DNA from: a bacterium
GTDB lineage: Bacteria; Krumholzibacteriota; Krumholzibacteriia; G020349025
Assembly: GCA_031362565.1 (NCBI GenBank)
Contig: JANLSU010000056.1
Coordinates: 1 to 64,000, forward strand
Reading direction: 5' to 3'
Length of the DNA stretch: 64,000 nucleotides
Shown here: in pieces, positions 13,533 to 22,487 of the stretch
Numbering within the stretch: position 1 is the first letter of the stretch
How the letters are laid out: each line of letters opens with the position of its first letter
Notes under the pieces: model-generated
Database searches by the model: none
Told to the model about the DNA's origin: nothing
What the model saw: the letters and a program-made list of their open reading frames with translations, nothing else
Program-made: the position numbers and the translations under genes

Positions 13533-15272
13533 ATGGCTGCCGTCGCGTCTGTGCCGCCTACGACAGGTTCCTCGGACGCGGGGCCGCGCCGCGAACTCAC
13601 CGTCCGCGCCGTCATCACCGCGGTCATCGTCGCGGCCCTGGTCGGCGGCTCGTATCCGTACGTCGTGCTCAAGCTCGGATACGGACCCAACATTTCGATC
13701 GTCGCCGCTTTCTTCGGCTACATGGCGATTACCGTCGTCGGCATCCTGAGCGGCAAGCGCGGCACCCGGTATGAAAACAACATGGTGCAAGCGGCCGGCA
13801 CTGCCGCCGGCCAAGCCGGGTTCATGTGCGTGGTGCTCGCCGCGATCGACATGCTGAATGCCAACCCCGCACTCGGCTTCAGCCTTCACCTGACCACCCT
13901 GCAGATCTTCATGTGGCTGACGGTTGCGGGCTTGATCGGCGTGCTGCTCGCGGTACCGCTGCGGAAGCATTACATCGACGAGGAAAACCTCATGTTCGCG
14001 GACGGCACGGCGGCGGGCGAAACGCTGCTGGTCCTGGACCAAGGCCCCAAGGAAGCCGGGCCACGCGTCGCCGCACTTCTCTCCGGCATGACGCTTTCCG
14101 GCGGGCTGGCGATACTCCGCGACAAGTTGCATTTGTTCCGCGACACGATTCCCTGGGGCACGAACGGCGCGGCGCTGCACGTCGGCTCCGAAGTCAGCCT
14201 GCTGAGCTTCGGTTCCGGACTCCTGGTCGGCTGCCGGATCGGCTTGTCGATGGGTATCGGGATGCTGCTTTCGTGGTTCATCGCACCGGGCGCCTTGGTG
14301 TCGCGCGGCATCGTTCCGGCTGAGACGTTCAAGGACGTGGTGCGCTGGGTCATGTGGCCTGCGACCGGCCTCATGGTGGCCGGCGGACTCACGGCGCTCG
14401 TCCTGAAATGGAATGTGCTCATGCGCACCTTCCAGGGACTGTCGGTTCACAAGGCCGACAACACCGACCTGTCGATGCGCTTCGTCATGATCGGGGTCGG
14501 CTTGCTCTCCATCGCGCTCTGCCTCATCCAGTGGCTGAGCCTCCACTTCCCGGTCTGGCTGACACTGGTCTCGCTCGCACTGTCCTTCGTCCTCATGCTC
14601 GTCGGCACGCGCGTGCTCGGCGAGACGAACTGGGCGCCCATCAGTGCGCTCGCCAACCTCATGCAGGCAGTGTTCGCGGTGCTCGTGCCGCACAACATGA
14701 CGGTGAACATGATCGGCTCGGGGATGTCGGGGACGGTTGCCGCCAACGGCGAGCACTTGATGCAGGTCTACCGGGCCGGCAAGATCGTCGGGTCGAACAA
14801 CCGCAGTCTCGCCATCCTGCAAATGATCGGCGTGCCGGTGGGGGCCATTTCGGTGGCGGTCATCTATCCGGCGCTGCGCGCCAAGTACGGCATCGGCGAA
14901 CAGGGCTTGTCGTCGCCGATCAGCGTCAAATGGGCGGCCTTCGCCGAGTTGCTGAACCAAGGCCTGCACTCACTCCCGGCCGGCTGCTTTCAGGCCATGC
15001 TCATCGCCACCGGGCTCGGCATTCTGATGACGTGCCTCGAACCACGCTATCGCAAGTGGGTGCCGTCGCCGACCGCGGTGGGCATTGGGATGCTCGTTTC
15101 CGCCTGGTCGGTGGCACCCATGGTTCTGGGTGGCGTCTTGCAGTGGGCATGGGCGAAGTTCCATCCCAAGACCGAGCACATGTATGCCTTGCCAATGGCC
15201 TCGGGGTTCATCGCCGGCGAAGCAATCGTAGTCGTCGTGTTCGCAATCCTGGCTGCGGTGCAGCAGGCCTAG
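13533..15272 (+). CDS. OPT/YSL family oligopeptide transporter, 579 aa
   Basis: RELT.RA, Y..LKLG, ENN.VQ, PLRK..I..E.L.F..GTA and GET...PIS motifs, many TM helices. GAGGAG SD before ATG 13533 and TATAAA at 13506-13511. Confidence 0.9.
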   Translation: MAAVASVPPTTGSSDAGPRRELTVRAVITAVIVAALVGGSYPYVVLKLGYGPNISIVAAFFGYMAITVVGILSGKRGTRYENNMVQAAGTAAGQAGFMCVVLAAIDMLNANPALGFSLHLTTLQIFMWLTVAGLIGVLLAVPLRKHYIDEENLMFADGTAAGETLLVLDQGPKEAGPRVAALLSGMTLSGGLAILRDKLHLFRDTIPWGTNGAALHVGSEVSLLSFGSGLLVGCRIGLSMGIGMLLSWFIAPGALVSRGIVPAETFKDVVRWVMWPATGLMVAGGLTALVLKWNVLMRTFQGLSVHKADNTDLSMRFVMIGVGLLSIALCLIQWLSLHFPVWLTLVSLALSFVLMLVGTRVLGETNWAPISALANLMQAVFAVLVPHNMTVNMIGSGMSGTVAANGEHLMQVYRAGKIVGSNNRSLAILQMIGVPVGAISVAVIYPALRAKYGIGEQGLSSPISVKWAAFAELLNQGLHSLPAGCFQAMLIATGLGILMTCLEPRYRKWVPSPTAVGIGMLVSAWSVAPMVLGGVLQWAWAKFHPKTEHMYALPMASGFIAGEAIVVVVFAILAAVQQA

Positions 15273-15333
15273 CGACGCCTGTCGTGGCACGAATGGCTTG
15301 ACGGTGCACGGACGCACGCGGTTCCCTGCGGAC

Positions 15334-16677
15334 ATGAAACGCCAAGCTGCCGGGCAACGGCTTCCATGGCTCGAGCGTCTGGGCCTGCACCGGCCGGAAC
15401 TGCGCGCTTGGGCGCTGTACGATTGGGCGAACTCAGCCATGGTCACGACCATCGTCGCGGCCGTGTTTCCCATCTACTATTACAAGGTCGCCGGCGCCGG
15501 CTTACCGGCGGGTGAGGCGACGCGGCGCTTTGCGCTCTGCACCACTCTCGCCCTTGGTGTGACCGCGGTCATGGCGCCGTTTCTCGGCGCCCTCGCCGAC
15601 CTCACGGCGGCCAAGAAGCGGCTTCTGGCGGTGTTCCTCGTGCTTGGCGCGAGCGCGGTCGCGGCACTCTTCACCGTCGACGCCGGCGAGTGGCGTTGGG
15701 CGTCGGCGCTCTACATCCTGGCCAATATCGGCGGCGCGGGGAGCGCGGTCTTCTACGACTCGCTGCTGCCGCATGTGGCGCGCGACAACGAGTTGCACCG
15801 GGTGTCGACCGCCGGCTACGCGCTTGGCTATCTCGGTGGCGGACTCTTGCTCGGCGCGCAGGCCCTTTGGATCGCCCACCCCGGTTGGATCGGTTTGCCC
15901 ACCGGCGACAACCTTTCCGACTCCAGCCGCACCCTGCCGGTACGTTTGGCGTTTCTGTCGGTGGCCGTGTGGTGGGTGTTGTTTTCGATTCCGCTTTTCC
16001 GGCGCGTCGCCGAACCGCCGGCGAGCGGCGCGCGCGTCCGCGGCCGCCTCGCGTTCAGAACAGCGCTCCGGCGTCTCGGCACGACGCTCGGGTCGCTGCG
16101 GACGCATCGCGCCGCCTTCTTGTTCATGCTGGCGTTTCTGCTCTACAACGACGGCCTGCAGACCATCATCAAGCTGGCAGCGATCTACGGCACCGAGATC
16201 GGCATCAGTTCACAAGCGCTCTTGGGCGCCATCCTACTCGTGCAGTTCGTAGGGATTCCGTGCACAATCCTGTTCGGTGCCGTCGCGGGCCGCGTCGGGG
16301 TCAAGCGGGCGCTGTATGTAACGCTGGTGTTCTACGTCGGAATCGCGGTCTTCGCCTACTTCATGCGCACCGCGGCGCATTTCTTCGTGCTCGCCACCGC
16401 GGTCGGCTGCGTGCAGGGCGGCTGCCAGTCGCTGTCGCGGTCGACGTTCGCGACCCTCGTGCCGGCCAGTCATTCGTCCGAGTTCTTTGGCTTCTTCGCC
16501 GTCGCCGAGAAATTCGCCGGCATCCTGGGACCGTTGCTGTTCGCATTGGTGATTCAACTGACCGGTTCGAGCCGCGGCGCAATCTTGTCGGTCGTGGTGT
16601 TTTTCGTGGCCGGCGCGGCACTCCTCAGTCGAGTCGACCTGGACGCAGGACGGCCCGCAGCCGGTGGTGCGACGTGA
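15334..16677 (+). CDS. MFS transporter, UMF1/Atg22-like family, 447 aa
   Basis: AWALYDWANSA, FYDSLLP, GYALGYLGG, FLLYNDG and QSLSRS...EFFGF motifs, about 12 TM helices. Confidence 0.92.
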   Translation: MKRQAAGQRLPWLERLGLHRPELRAWALYDWANSAMVTTIVAAVFPIYYYKVAGAGLPAGEATRRFALCTTLALGVTAVMAPFLGALADLTAAKKRLLAVFLVLGASAVAALFTVDAGEWRWASALYILANIGGAGSAVFYDSLLPHVARDNELHRVSTAGYALGYLGGGLLLGAQALWIAHPGWIGLPTGDNLSDSSRTLPVRLAFLSVAVWWVLFSIPLFRRVAEPPASGARVRGRLAFRTALRRLGTTLGSLRTHRAAFLFMLAFLLYNDGLQTIIKLAAIYGTEIGISSQALLGAILLVQFVGIPCTILFGAVAGRVGVKRALYVTLVFYVGIAVFAYFMRTAAHFFVLATAVGCVQGGCQSLSRSTFATLVPASHSSEFFGFFAVAEKFAGILGPLLFALVIQLTGSSRGAILSVVVFFVAGAALLSRVDLDAGRPAAGGAT

Positions 16678-18605
16678 TGTTGCGGCGGATTCGGCTCGGC
16701 CTTCTGGCGCTGCCGGTAGCGCTGCTCGCCTTCCATTGCGTCGATGCGGCGGACGTCTGGTTGCACTTGGCGACCGGGCGTCTCGTATGGACGACGCACA
16801 CGGTGCCGCACCACGACATTTTTGGACCGGCACCGGCACTGCCGTGGATCGCGCTCGACTGGCTCGCCGGCACGGTCTTCTACCTGCTGCACGCGCTCGG
16901 CGGCATGCCGGCACTCGTGGTCGTGACGACCGCCGGATTCGTGCTGGCGCTCTGCTTGCCGCTCGGACTCGCGTCGCGCGCCCGCAAAACTCAGTGGCCG
17001 TTCGAGGTCGCACTTCTCGCCACGACGCTCATTGCCTACGAACGCTTCTTCGTGCGGCCCGAGATCGTCACGTTGCTCCTGGTGGCAATTGCGGTGCAGA
17101 TTCTTGCGGCCGGCGCCCCGCGTCGTTGGCGAACTGTCGCCGCACTCGCGGTGGTCCAGGCCGTATGGGCCAATTCACACCCGGCGTTTCTACTCGGCCC
17201 CGGGCTCGCCGCGCTCGCACTTGCCGGACACGCCATCGACACCTGGCGGACGGAGCGCAGGTGGCGCCTGCCGGCGCCGCTCGTGGCGCTGCCATTCGTG
17301 GCGCTCGGCGCGTGCGCGGTGTCGCCTTACGGAATCGAAACGCTGACGCATGCAATCGGCGCCTGGCATGATGTGGGAACGCCTGCCATGCTCGCCGGCA
17401 TCGTCGAATGGCAACCGACGTTCGCGGTGCCCATTGCCGGCGACGTAACCTTGATGGCCTTCGTCGCGAGCCTCGTGGCGCTCGCCGCCGCCGGCATCGT
17501 GGGGCGGCGGCATGTGCGCGGCTTCGAAGTTCTCGCCGTAGTCGCATTCGTAGCGCTCGCCTGCGTTTCGCGCCGGCATCTCCTGTTGTATGCCGCAACC
17601 GTGCCGCCGCTCGCGGCGGCGTGGGTTCAGCGCCGGTGCGATATGAACCGCGCGGCGCGCGCCCCGCATCGCACGGCATCGATTCGCACCCTGCGCCGCG
17701 CCGCGCCGTTCATTCCGGCAGTCCTCGCCGTGTGGCTCGCGGCCGATGTGGCGCGCGGCAATTTCTATGCGCGTTGCGGTCCGCCGCGCACCCTCGGCTG
17801 GAGCGTGTCAGCCGCCGACCAGCCGATTGGCGCCGCCCAGTTCGTTGTCGAACACCAATTGACGGGCCCACTCTTCAACAATGTCGCGGCCGGCAGCGCC
17901 CTCGTCTTCTGGACCGGCGGCACGCTGCCTGTTTGGGTCGATGGCCGCTTGCTGGACGCGGCACGGTTCGGTGTCTACCGTCAAGCGCTCGGGTCGGGTT
18001 CAGCGTTCACCGCCCTCGCGCGGGCCCAAGCCTTCCAACTCGTAGTGCTGGCCCTTACACCGTTTCCGCCGGTGCGGCTCTGGCGCCAACTGGCCGGCGA
18101 TCCCGCCTGGCGGCTGGTGTTCTTGGATGGCGAGGGCGCGGTGTTCATGGCAACACCAGCCGCTGAAACCCGCGGCCTCGTGCCGATTCCACTCGACACG
18201 CCTCTGCCGCCGGCGAGTGCGCCGGCCGGACGCGCCGCGAGCTTCTTTCGCGCTTGCGATCCCGGCGAGGCGGGCCGGCGTGGCCACGTACTGCTGACGC
18301 TGGGCTTCGCGGCCGCAGCCCGCGCCGATCTGACGCGGGCGTTCGTGCAGTGCCCGGATCACGTCGGGGTCTGGTTCGATCTGGGACGAGCGACGCTCGA
18401 CACCGGCGATGCACCGAATGCCGCGGCGCTCTTCGGGCGCGTCTTGGGCGCGGATCCAAGCCGCGCCGACGCCTGGTTCGAACTCGGGCGCTGCCACGCC
18501 GCGCTCCAAGATCGCGCCGCGGCGCAGGCGTGTTGGGAGCGCGCTCTGAGGCTCGAGCCGGGCGACAACCGGATTCGCGCCGCATTGGCATCGCTGCGCC
18601 GTTGA
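16677..18605 (+). CDS. Polytopic membrane protein (GT-C-like) with C-terminal TPR repeats, 642 aa
   Basis: ATG overlaps the MFS stop (TGATG). D.WLHLATGR, RPE, WANSH..F..G, I.EWQP and VWVDGR motifs. C-terminal TPR-like W..LG..../ALRLEP units. Confidence 0.75.
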   Translation: MLRRIRLGLLALPVALLAFHCVDAADVWLHLATGRLVWTTHTVPHHDIFGPAPALPWIALDWLAGTVFYLLHALGGMPALVVVTTAGFVLALCLPLGLASRARKTQWPFEVALLATTLIAYERFFVRPEIVTLLLVAIAVQILAAGAPRRWRTVAALAVVQAVWANSHPAFLLGPGLAALALAGHAIDTWRTERRWRLPAPLVALPFVALGACAVSPYGIETLTHAIGAWHDVGTPAMLAGIVEWQPTFAVPIAGDVTLMAFVASLVALAAAGIVGRRHVRGFEVLAVVAFVALACVSRRHLLLYAATVPPLAAAWVQRRCDMNRAARAPHRTASIRTLRRAAPFIPAVLAVWLAADVARGNFYARCGPPRTLGWSVSAADQPIGAAQFVVEHQLTGPLFNNVAAGSALVFWTGGTLPVWVDGRLLDAARFGVYRQALGSGSAFTALARAQAFQLVVLALTPFPPVRLWRQLAGDPAWRLVFLDGEGAVFMATPAAETRGLVPIPLDTPLPPASAPAGRAASFFRACDPGEAGRRGHVLLTLGFAAAARADLTRAFVQCPDHVGVWFDLGRATLDTGDAPNAAALFGRVLGADPSRADAWFELGRCHAALQDRAAAQACWERALRLEPGDNRIRAALASLRR

Positions 18606-18632
18606 CGCGGGCAGCACCAGCGCAACCCGCGC

Positions 18633-19478
18633 TCACGCGCGCCGGTGCCGGTTCATGCTCAGAGTGCGAAGTGCATGCAGTTCTTCCGGATTCAACGGGC
18701 GCGAATCGCCCTCTGCCAGTCCATCGACCTCGAGCGGCCCGATGCGAATCCGTCGCAACGCCAGCACCGTGCGCCCCAACGTTTCGAACATGCGCCGCAC
18801 CTGGCGATTGCGGCCCTCGAACAACGTCACGGTCACGAAACGGCTGGCATACACGTCCCGGAGGTCGACGCGTGACTGCAGGGTGCGGCGGCCGTTCAGC
18901 ACCACGCCGGCTGCCAAAGTGCGGGCGTCGTCCTCACTGACCGGCGTGTCGAGCGTCACCTCGTACACCTTGGGCACGTGCGACTCCGGGTCGGTCAGCC
19001 GGGCGGCAAATTGCGTGTCGTTGGTGAACAGCAGGAGCCCGCACGACCGGAGGTCGAGACGCCCGACCGGCGCCACGAACGGCAAACCACGCGGCAGGAG
19101 GTCGTAGACCGTCTGGCGTCCCTCCGGATCGCTGCGCGTCGTCACATAGCCGACGGGTTTGTTGAGCACCAGGTAGACGGGTTTCGCCGGCTGCGCGAGT
19201 TGGCCATCGACCCAGATGCGGTCGACATTCGGATCGACGCGAAAGCCGGGATCGGTGACGACGCGGCGCCCGACGCGGACGCGCTTTTCGACGATCAACA
19301 ACCGTGCCTCGAGGCGTGAAGCGACACCGAGCTTTGAGACCGCCCGTTCGAGCGACACGACCCGCCGCGCGACCACCGGCGCGGTGGTGCGTAACGGCCG
19401 CACCGGGGCGTGGCGCCGCGGTTGGCTGGCGACGCCCGGTTTGCGTACCGGGGGACGGGATCCGGCGTCGGAACCCAT
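18633..19478 (-). CDS. rRNA pseudouridine synthase, RsuA/RluB family with S4 domain
   Basis: S4-like [20 protein letters not shown], catalytic [14 protein letters not shown] and [10 protein letters not shown]. Start uncertain (ATG 19478 or TTG 19559). Confidence 0.92.
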   Translation of the reverse strand: MGSDAGSRPPVRKPGVASQPRRHAPVRPLRTTAPVVARRVVSLERAVSKLGVASRLEARLLIVEKRVRVGRRVVTDPGFRVDPNVDRIWVDGQLAQPAKPVYLVLNKPVGYVTTRSDPEGRQTVYDLLPRGLPFVAPVGRLDLRSCGLLLFTNDTQFAARLTDPESHVPKVYEVTLDTPVSEDDARTLAAGVVLNGRRTLQSRVDLRDVYASRFVTVTLFEGRNRQVRRMFETLGRTVLALRRIRIGPLEVDGLAEGDSRPLNPEELHALRTLSMNRHRRA

Positions 19479-19592
19479 TTTGGGCGCCGGGCGCCGCGGA
19501 CGTGAAACCGCGCCGCCCGAACGGCGAGCGGCAGCGCCCGGCGCGCGCCGAGCGGACAAATGCAAAACACCGTGGCCGGGGAGCACGAGGGA

Positions 19593-19759
19593 GCCCTCCT
19601 GGCGCGCGTACGCGCTTGTCCCGAACGGCCCGGAGTGCCATGGCCGGAGGCAACACGACCCCGACGTACTCGCCGGGGACTCCCGCGAGTACGAATACGG
19701 CATGGCAGCGCCAGACGCATTCGGCGCCTGGCCCTCCCCGAGGGGCTGTGCAGAAGGGC
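19593..19759 (-). ncRNA. Candidate structured non-coding RNA (~167 nt), family not recognised
   Basis: A 9-bp terminal stem (19751-19759 with 19593-19601) encloses several helices: 19731-19746, 19711-19731, 19698-19707 with 19636-19646, a perfect 9-bp 19685-19693 with 19665-19673, and palindrome 19604-19615. Imperfect pairs are G-U on the minus strand but A-C on the plus strand. It has its own predicted promoter. Confidence 0.65.
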
Positions 19760-19765
19760 GAGGTC

Positions 19766-19795
19766 ATTGTGCGGCTTGCCGAGCCGGCCCGTCAA
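19766..19795 (-). promoter_or_regulatory. Putative sigma70 promoter of the ncRNA candidate / pseudouridine synthase
   Basis: Minus-strand TTGACG (19795-19790), 18-nt spacer, CACAAT (19771-19766). Predicted +1 is about 19759. Confidence 0.65.
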
Positions 19796-19901
19796 CCGGA
19801 AGTCCTGACACGTGGCGGAGGGGCGAGGCCGTCGCGCGCCCAAGGGCCGGGCTTCTAAAACGCGGTGGATTGCGCCCCGGCCCGAAAAGGGTCGCCCGGT
19901 C

Positions 19902-19910
19902 TGCTATGCT
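19902..19910 (+). promoter_or_regulatory. Putative extended -10 promoter for bactofilin-hydA
   Basis: TGCTATGCT (TGn plus TATGCT) about 80 nt upstream of the bactofilin start. Confidence 0.45.
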
Positions 19911-19990
19911 GCCGCCGATCAACGGTTCTTTCGCGGCCCGTGTCCAGACACGCTTTGTGACCGGAACGCCCGAACGAGGGAGACGTGGAC

Positions 19991-20941
19991 ATGATCAGAT
20001 CAGGTTCCGCAACCATCCTGTCGACCGCCGCCCGGCTCTCGGGCGAACTGACGGCGGACGAGGACGTGATCCTCGCGGGTACGTTCGAGGGCGTCCTGCG
20101 GACGTCGCGTTCCGTGCAAGTCGCTCCCACCGGGGTCGTGACCGGCGAAATTCACGCCGAATCGGTCGTCGTTCTGGGCCGGGTCATCGGACCCATTCGC
20201 GCCGTCGAGCGCATCGAGCTGCAGGCCGGCTGTGTTGTCGACGGCGACCTCGCCGCCCAGCGGGTGCGGATCCACGACGACGTCATCTTCAACGGCCATT
20301 GCCGGATCACCGGTGCCGAAGCCGTCCGCCGCCAGTACCTGGTCCCCGCGGTCGTGCAGTCGTTCGGCGGCGATCCCACCCCGCAGGCATTCGCCGGGGT
20401 GCATGCGGCGGCCGAGACCTTCCTACGAGACTTCGGCTTTGAAATTGAGGTGCGCCAGGAGAAGGTCGCGGCTGGGATGCAAACGCTGCGGCCGATTTTC
20501 CGGTCGCGCGATGCGGTCCCCTACGCCAGCTTGCGGGAGAGCCTACGCAACGTCGAGATCGCGCTCCACACCGCCAGTACGCCCGAAGTGAAGGGCGAGC
20601 GGCGTTTCAGCGTCCTCGGCAAGCGCGGCGACAAGGACTCCGAGGTGTTGCAGACGACCGGTTCGGACGGTGCCCGGGCCCTCATCGAGGCGCTGGCGCA
20701 ATTGCGGAACGCCGCGGTTCTCGTCGGCCCGGTCATCATGACCCGTATGGAGAGCGAGCAGGGCCCGCGCCTCACGGTGCGCGTCCGCCAGGATTCGTTG
20801 CCGCCCGAGGCGGTCTCCGCGGCGGGCGTCCCAGACCCGAGCGCCTTGCTGCTGTCGCTTCAGAAGGTGCAGTCGGAAGTCGTGCGTGACCTGGGTGAAT
20901 CGATGCTGGCGCGCGGTGTGGCGGTTCGCGTCGCCGACTGA
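19991..20941 (+). CDS. Bactofilin (polymer-forming cytoskeletal protein) with a ~200-aa C-terminal extension, 316 aa
   Basis: N-terminal TILS...LSGEL....V.L.G.FEG.L....V.V...G.V.GEI.A..VVV.G.V.G.I.A..RIEL...C.V.GDL...RV.I...VIFNG.C beta-helix repeats. GGAG SD before ATG 19991; GTG 19985 is an alternative start. Confidence 0.85.
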   Translation: MIRSGSATILSTAARLSGELTADEDVILAGTFEGVLRTSRSVQVAPTGVVTGEIHAESVVVLGRVIGPIRAVERIELQAGCVVDGDLAAQRVRIHDDVIFNGHCRITGAEAVRRQYLVPAVVQSFGGDPTPQAFAGVHAAAETFLRDFGFEIEVRQEKVAAGMQTLRPIFRSRDAVPYASLRESLRNVEIALHTASTPEVKGERRFSVLGKRGDKDSEVLQTTGSDGARALIEALAQLRNAAVLVGPVIMTRMESEQGPRLTVRVRQDSLPPEAVSAAGVPDPSALLLSLQKVQSEVVRDLGESMLARGVAVRVAD

Positions 20942-20988
20942 ACGGTGCGCGGCGACCGATGCCCCCTGGCTTTGGTTCTGGAGAATCC

Positions 20989-22371
20989 ATGAGTCTCGGA
21001 GTCGTGAACGGCACCATCGTCACCGCGGTCGACCGGTATGTTGCCGACATTCGCGTCGACGGCGGCCGGATCGTGGCCATCGGCGCCGGGGTCGCGGACA
21101 CCTGTGACGAGCGTATCGATGCCAGTGGACTGATCGTGCTCCCCGGCGGGATCGACGCGCACACGCACTTCGCTCTGCCCTTCGGTGGCACGGTCTCGGC
21201 CGACGACTTCGAAACCGGCACTCGCGCCGCACTGTTTGGCGGCACCACCACCTGTATCGATTTTGCGGTGCAGTACAAGGGCCAGCCGTTGCAGCAAGGA
21301 CTCGACGCGTGGCACGCCAAGGCCGCGGGCAAGGCCTGCGGCGACTATGCGTTCCACCTGATCGTCGCCGACGTCAACAAACAATCATTGCTCGACATGA
21401 AGCCGCTCACCGAAGCCGGCGTCACGAGCTTCAAACTGTTCATGGCCTACCCCGGCGTTTTCTTGTCGAGCGACGGCGAAATCTTTCAAGCCCTGCAGCG
21501 GGCCCGCGAGCTGGGGGCGCTCGTGCAGATGCACGCCGAGAACGGCGGGGTCATCGACGTGCTGGTCCAGCAGGCGCTCGCGGCCGGCAAGACCGCGCCT
21601 GTGTACCACGCGCTGACACGTCCCAGCATCGCCGAGGGCGAGGCGACACACCGCGCCATCGCGCTGGCGGAGATCGCCGGCGCCCCGATCTACATCGTGC
21701 ACATGACAGCGTCGGAAGCGGCCGACGCGGTGACCGAGGCACGCGCCCGCGGCGTGCGGGTCTACGGCGAGACGTGCCCGCAGTATTTGTTCCTCGACGA
21801 GGATCACTACCGGGAGCCGGGTTTCGCCGGCGCCAAGTACGTCATGTCACCGCCACTGCGGCCCAAGGGGCATGGCGAGCGTTTGTGGCGTGCACTGCAG
21901 ACCGACCAACTGTCGGTCGTCGCCACCGACCATTGCCCGTTTTGCATGAAGGAACAGAAGGAACTCGGCAAGAATGATTTTTCCAAGATTCCGAATGGTG
22001 CACCCGGGGTCGAAAACCGGCTGCAGCTCCTGTACCACGGCGGGGTCGCCGGCAAGCGCTTCGACCTGCACCGCTTCGTGCAGATCACTTCGACGTCGCC
22101 GGCGAAAATCTTCGGGCTGTTCCCGCGCAAGGGCACGATCGCGGTCGGCAGCGACGCCGACATGGTGCTCTTCGATCCCCGCGGGCGCCATACGCTAAGC
22201 GTCAAGACGCAGCATATGAACGTCGACTACAACACGTACGAGGGTATGGAACTCGAGGGCAAGATCGTCAAAGTGATCGCGCGCGGCGCACTCGTCGTCG
22301 ACGGCGATCGCTGGCTTGGCCGCGCCGGCCAGGGGCAGTTCATTCCCTGCGGCGAGCCGGCACAGTTGTAG
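20989..22371 (+). CDS. hydA: Dihydropyrimidinase / D-hydantoinase, 460 aa
   Basis: PGGIDAHTH, GGTTT..DF, GVTSFKLFMAY, HAENG, GETCPQYL, SPPLR, TDHCPF and IPNG.PGVE motifs. Confidence 0.95.
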   Translation: MSLGVVNGTIVTAVDRYVADIRVDGGRIVAIGAGVADTCDERIDASGLIVLPGGIDAHTHFALPFGGTVSADDFETGTRAALFGGTTTCIDFAVQYKGQPLQQGLDAWHAKAAGKACGDYAFHLIVADVNKQSLLDMKPLTEAGVTSFKLFMAYPGVFLSSDGEIFQALQRARELGALVQMHAENGGVIDVLVQQALAAGKTAPVYHALTRPSIAEGEATHRAIALAEIAGAPIYIVHMTASEAADAVTEARARGVRVYGETCPQYLFLDEDHYREPGFAGAKYVMSPPLRPKGHGERLWRALQTDQLSVVATDHCPFCMKEQKELGKNDFSKIPNGAPGVENRLQLLYHGGVAGKRFDLHRFVQITSTSPAKIFGLFPRKGTIAVGSDADMVLFDPRGRHTLSVKTQHMNVDYNTYEGMELEGKIVKVIARGALVVDGDRWLGRAGQGQFIPCGEPAQL

Positions 22372-22420
22372 CGGCGCCACCCGGCAATCAGGCAGCGCCG
22401 CGTCCACCCCACAAAACGCG

Positions 22421-22464
22421 GCGGGGCGTTTTCGCAAGCCCCCTGGCTCCCGAAAACGCCCCGC
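22421..22464. terminator. Inverted repeat / probable bidirectional terminator between convergent hydA and pilX
   Basis: Perfect 14-bp inverted repeat GCGGGGCGTTTTCG (22421-22434) / CGAAAACGCCCCGC (22451-22464). Confidence 0.65.
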
Positions 22465-22487
22465 GCGCGCGTCGTGCCGGTTTGGAA

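Noticed and set aside
15285..15300. TGGCACG before the MFS gene as a sigma54 promoter
   Set aside because: The GC lies 8 nt rather than 10 nt after GG, and spacing is strict for sigma54.
15690..16676. Apparent 329-aa N-terminal extension making a 971-aa protein
   Set aside because: It overlaps the MFS gene in another frame and is Arg-rich nonsense. The real start is the ATG overlapping the MFS stop at 16677.
19593..19759. Identification of the structured RNA as 6S, SRP, tmRNA, tRNA-Sec, an HDV-like ribozyme or a c-di-AMP/lysine/cobalamin riboswitch
   Set aside because: By eye I found no T-loop or CCA end, no SRP GGAA helix motif, no rod with central bubble, no HDV nested pseudoknot and none of the riboswitch core motifs. 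Left unassigned pending an Rfam search.
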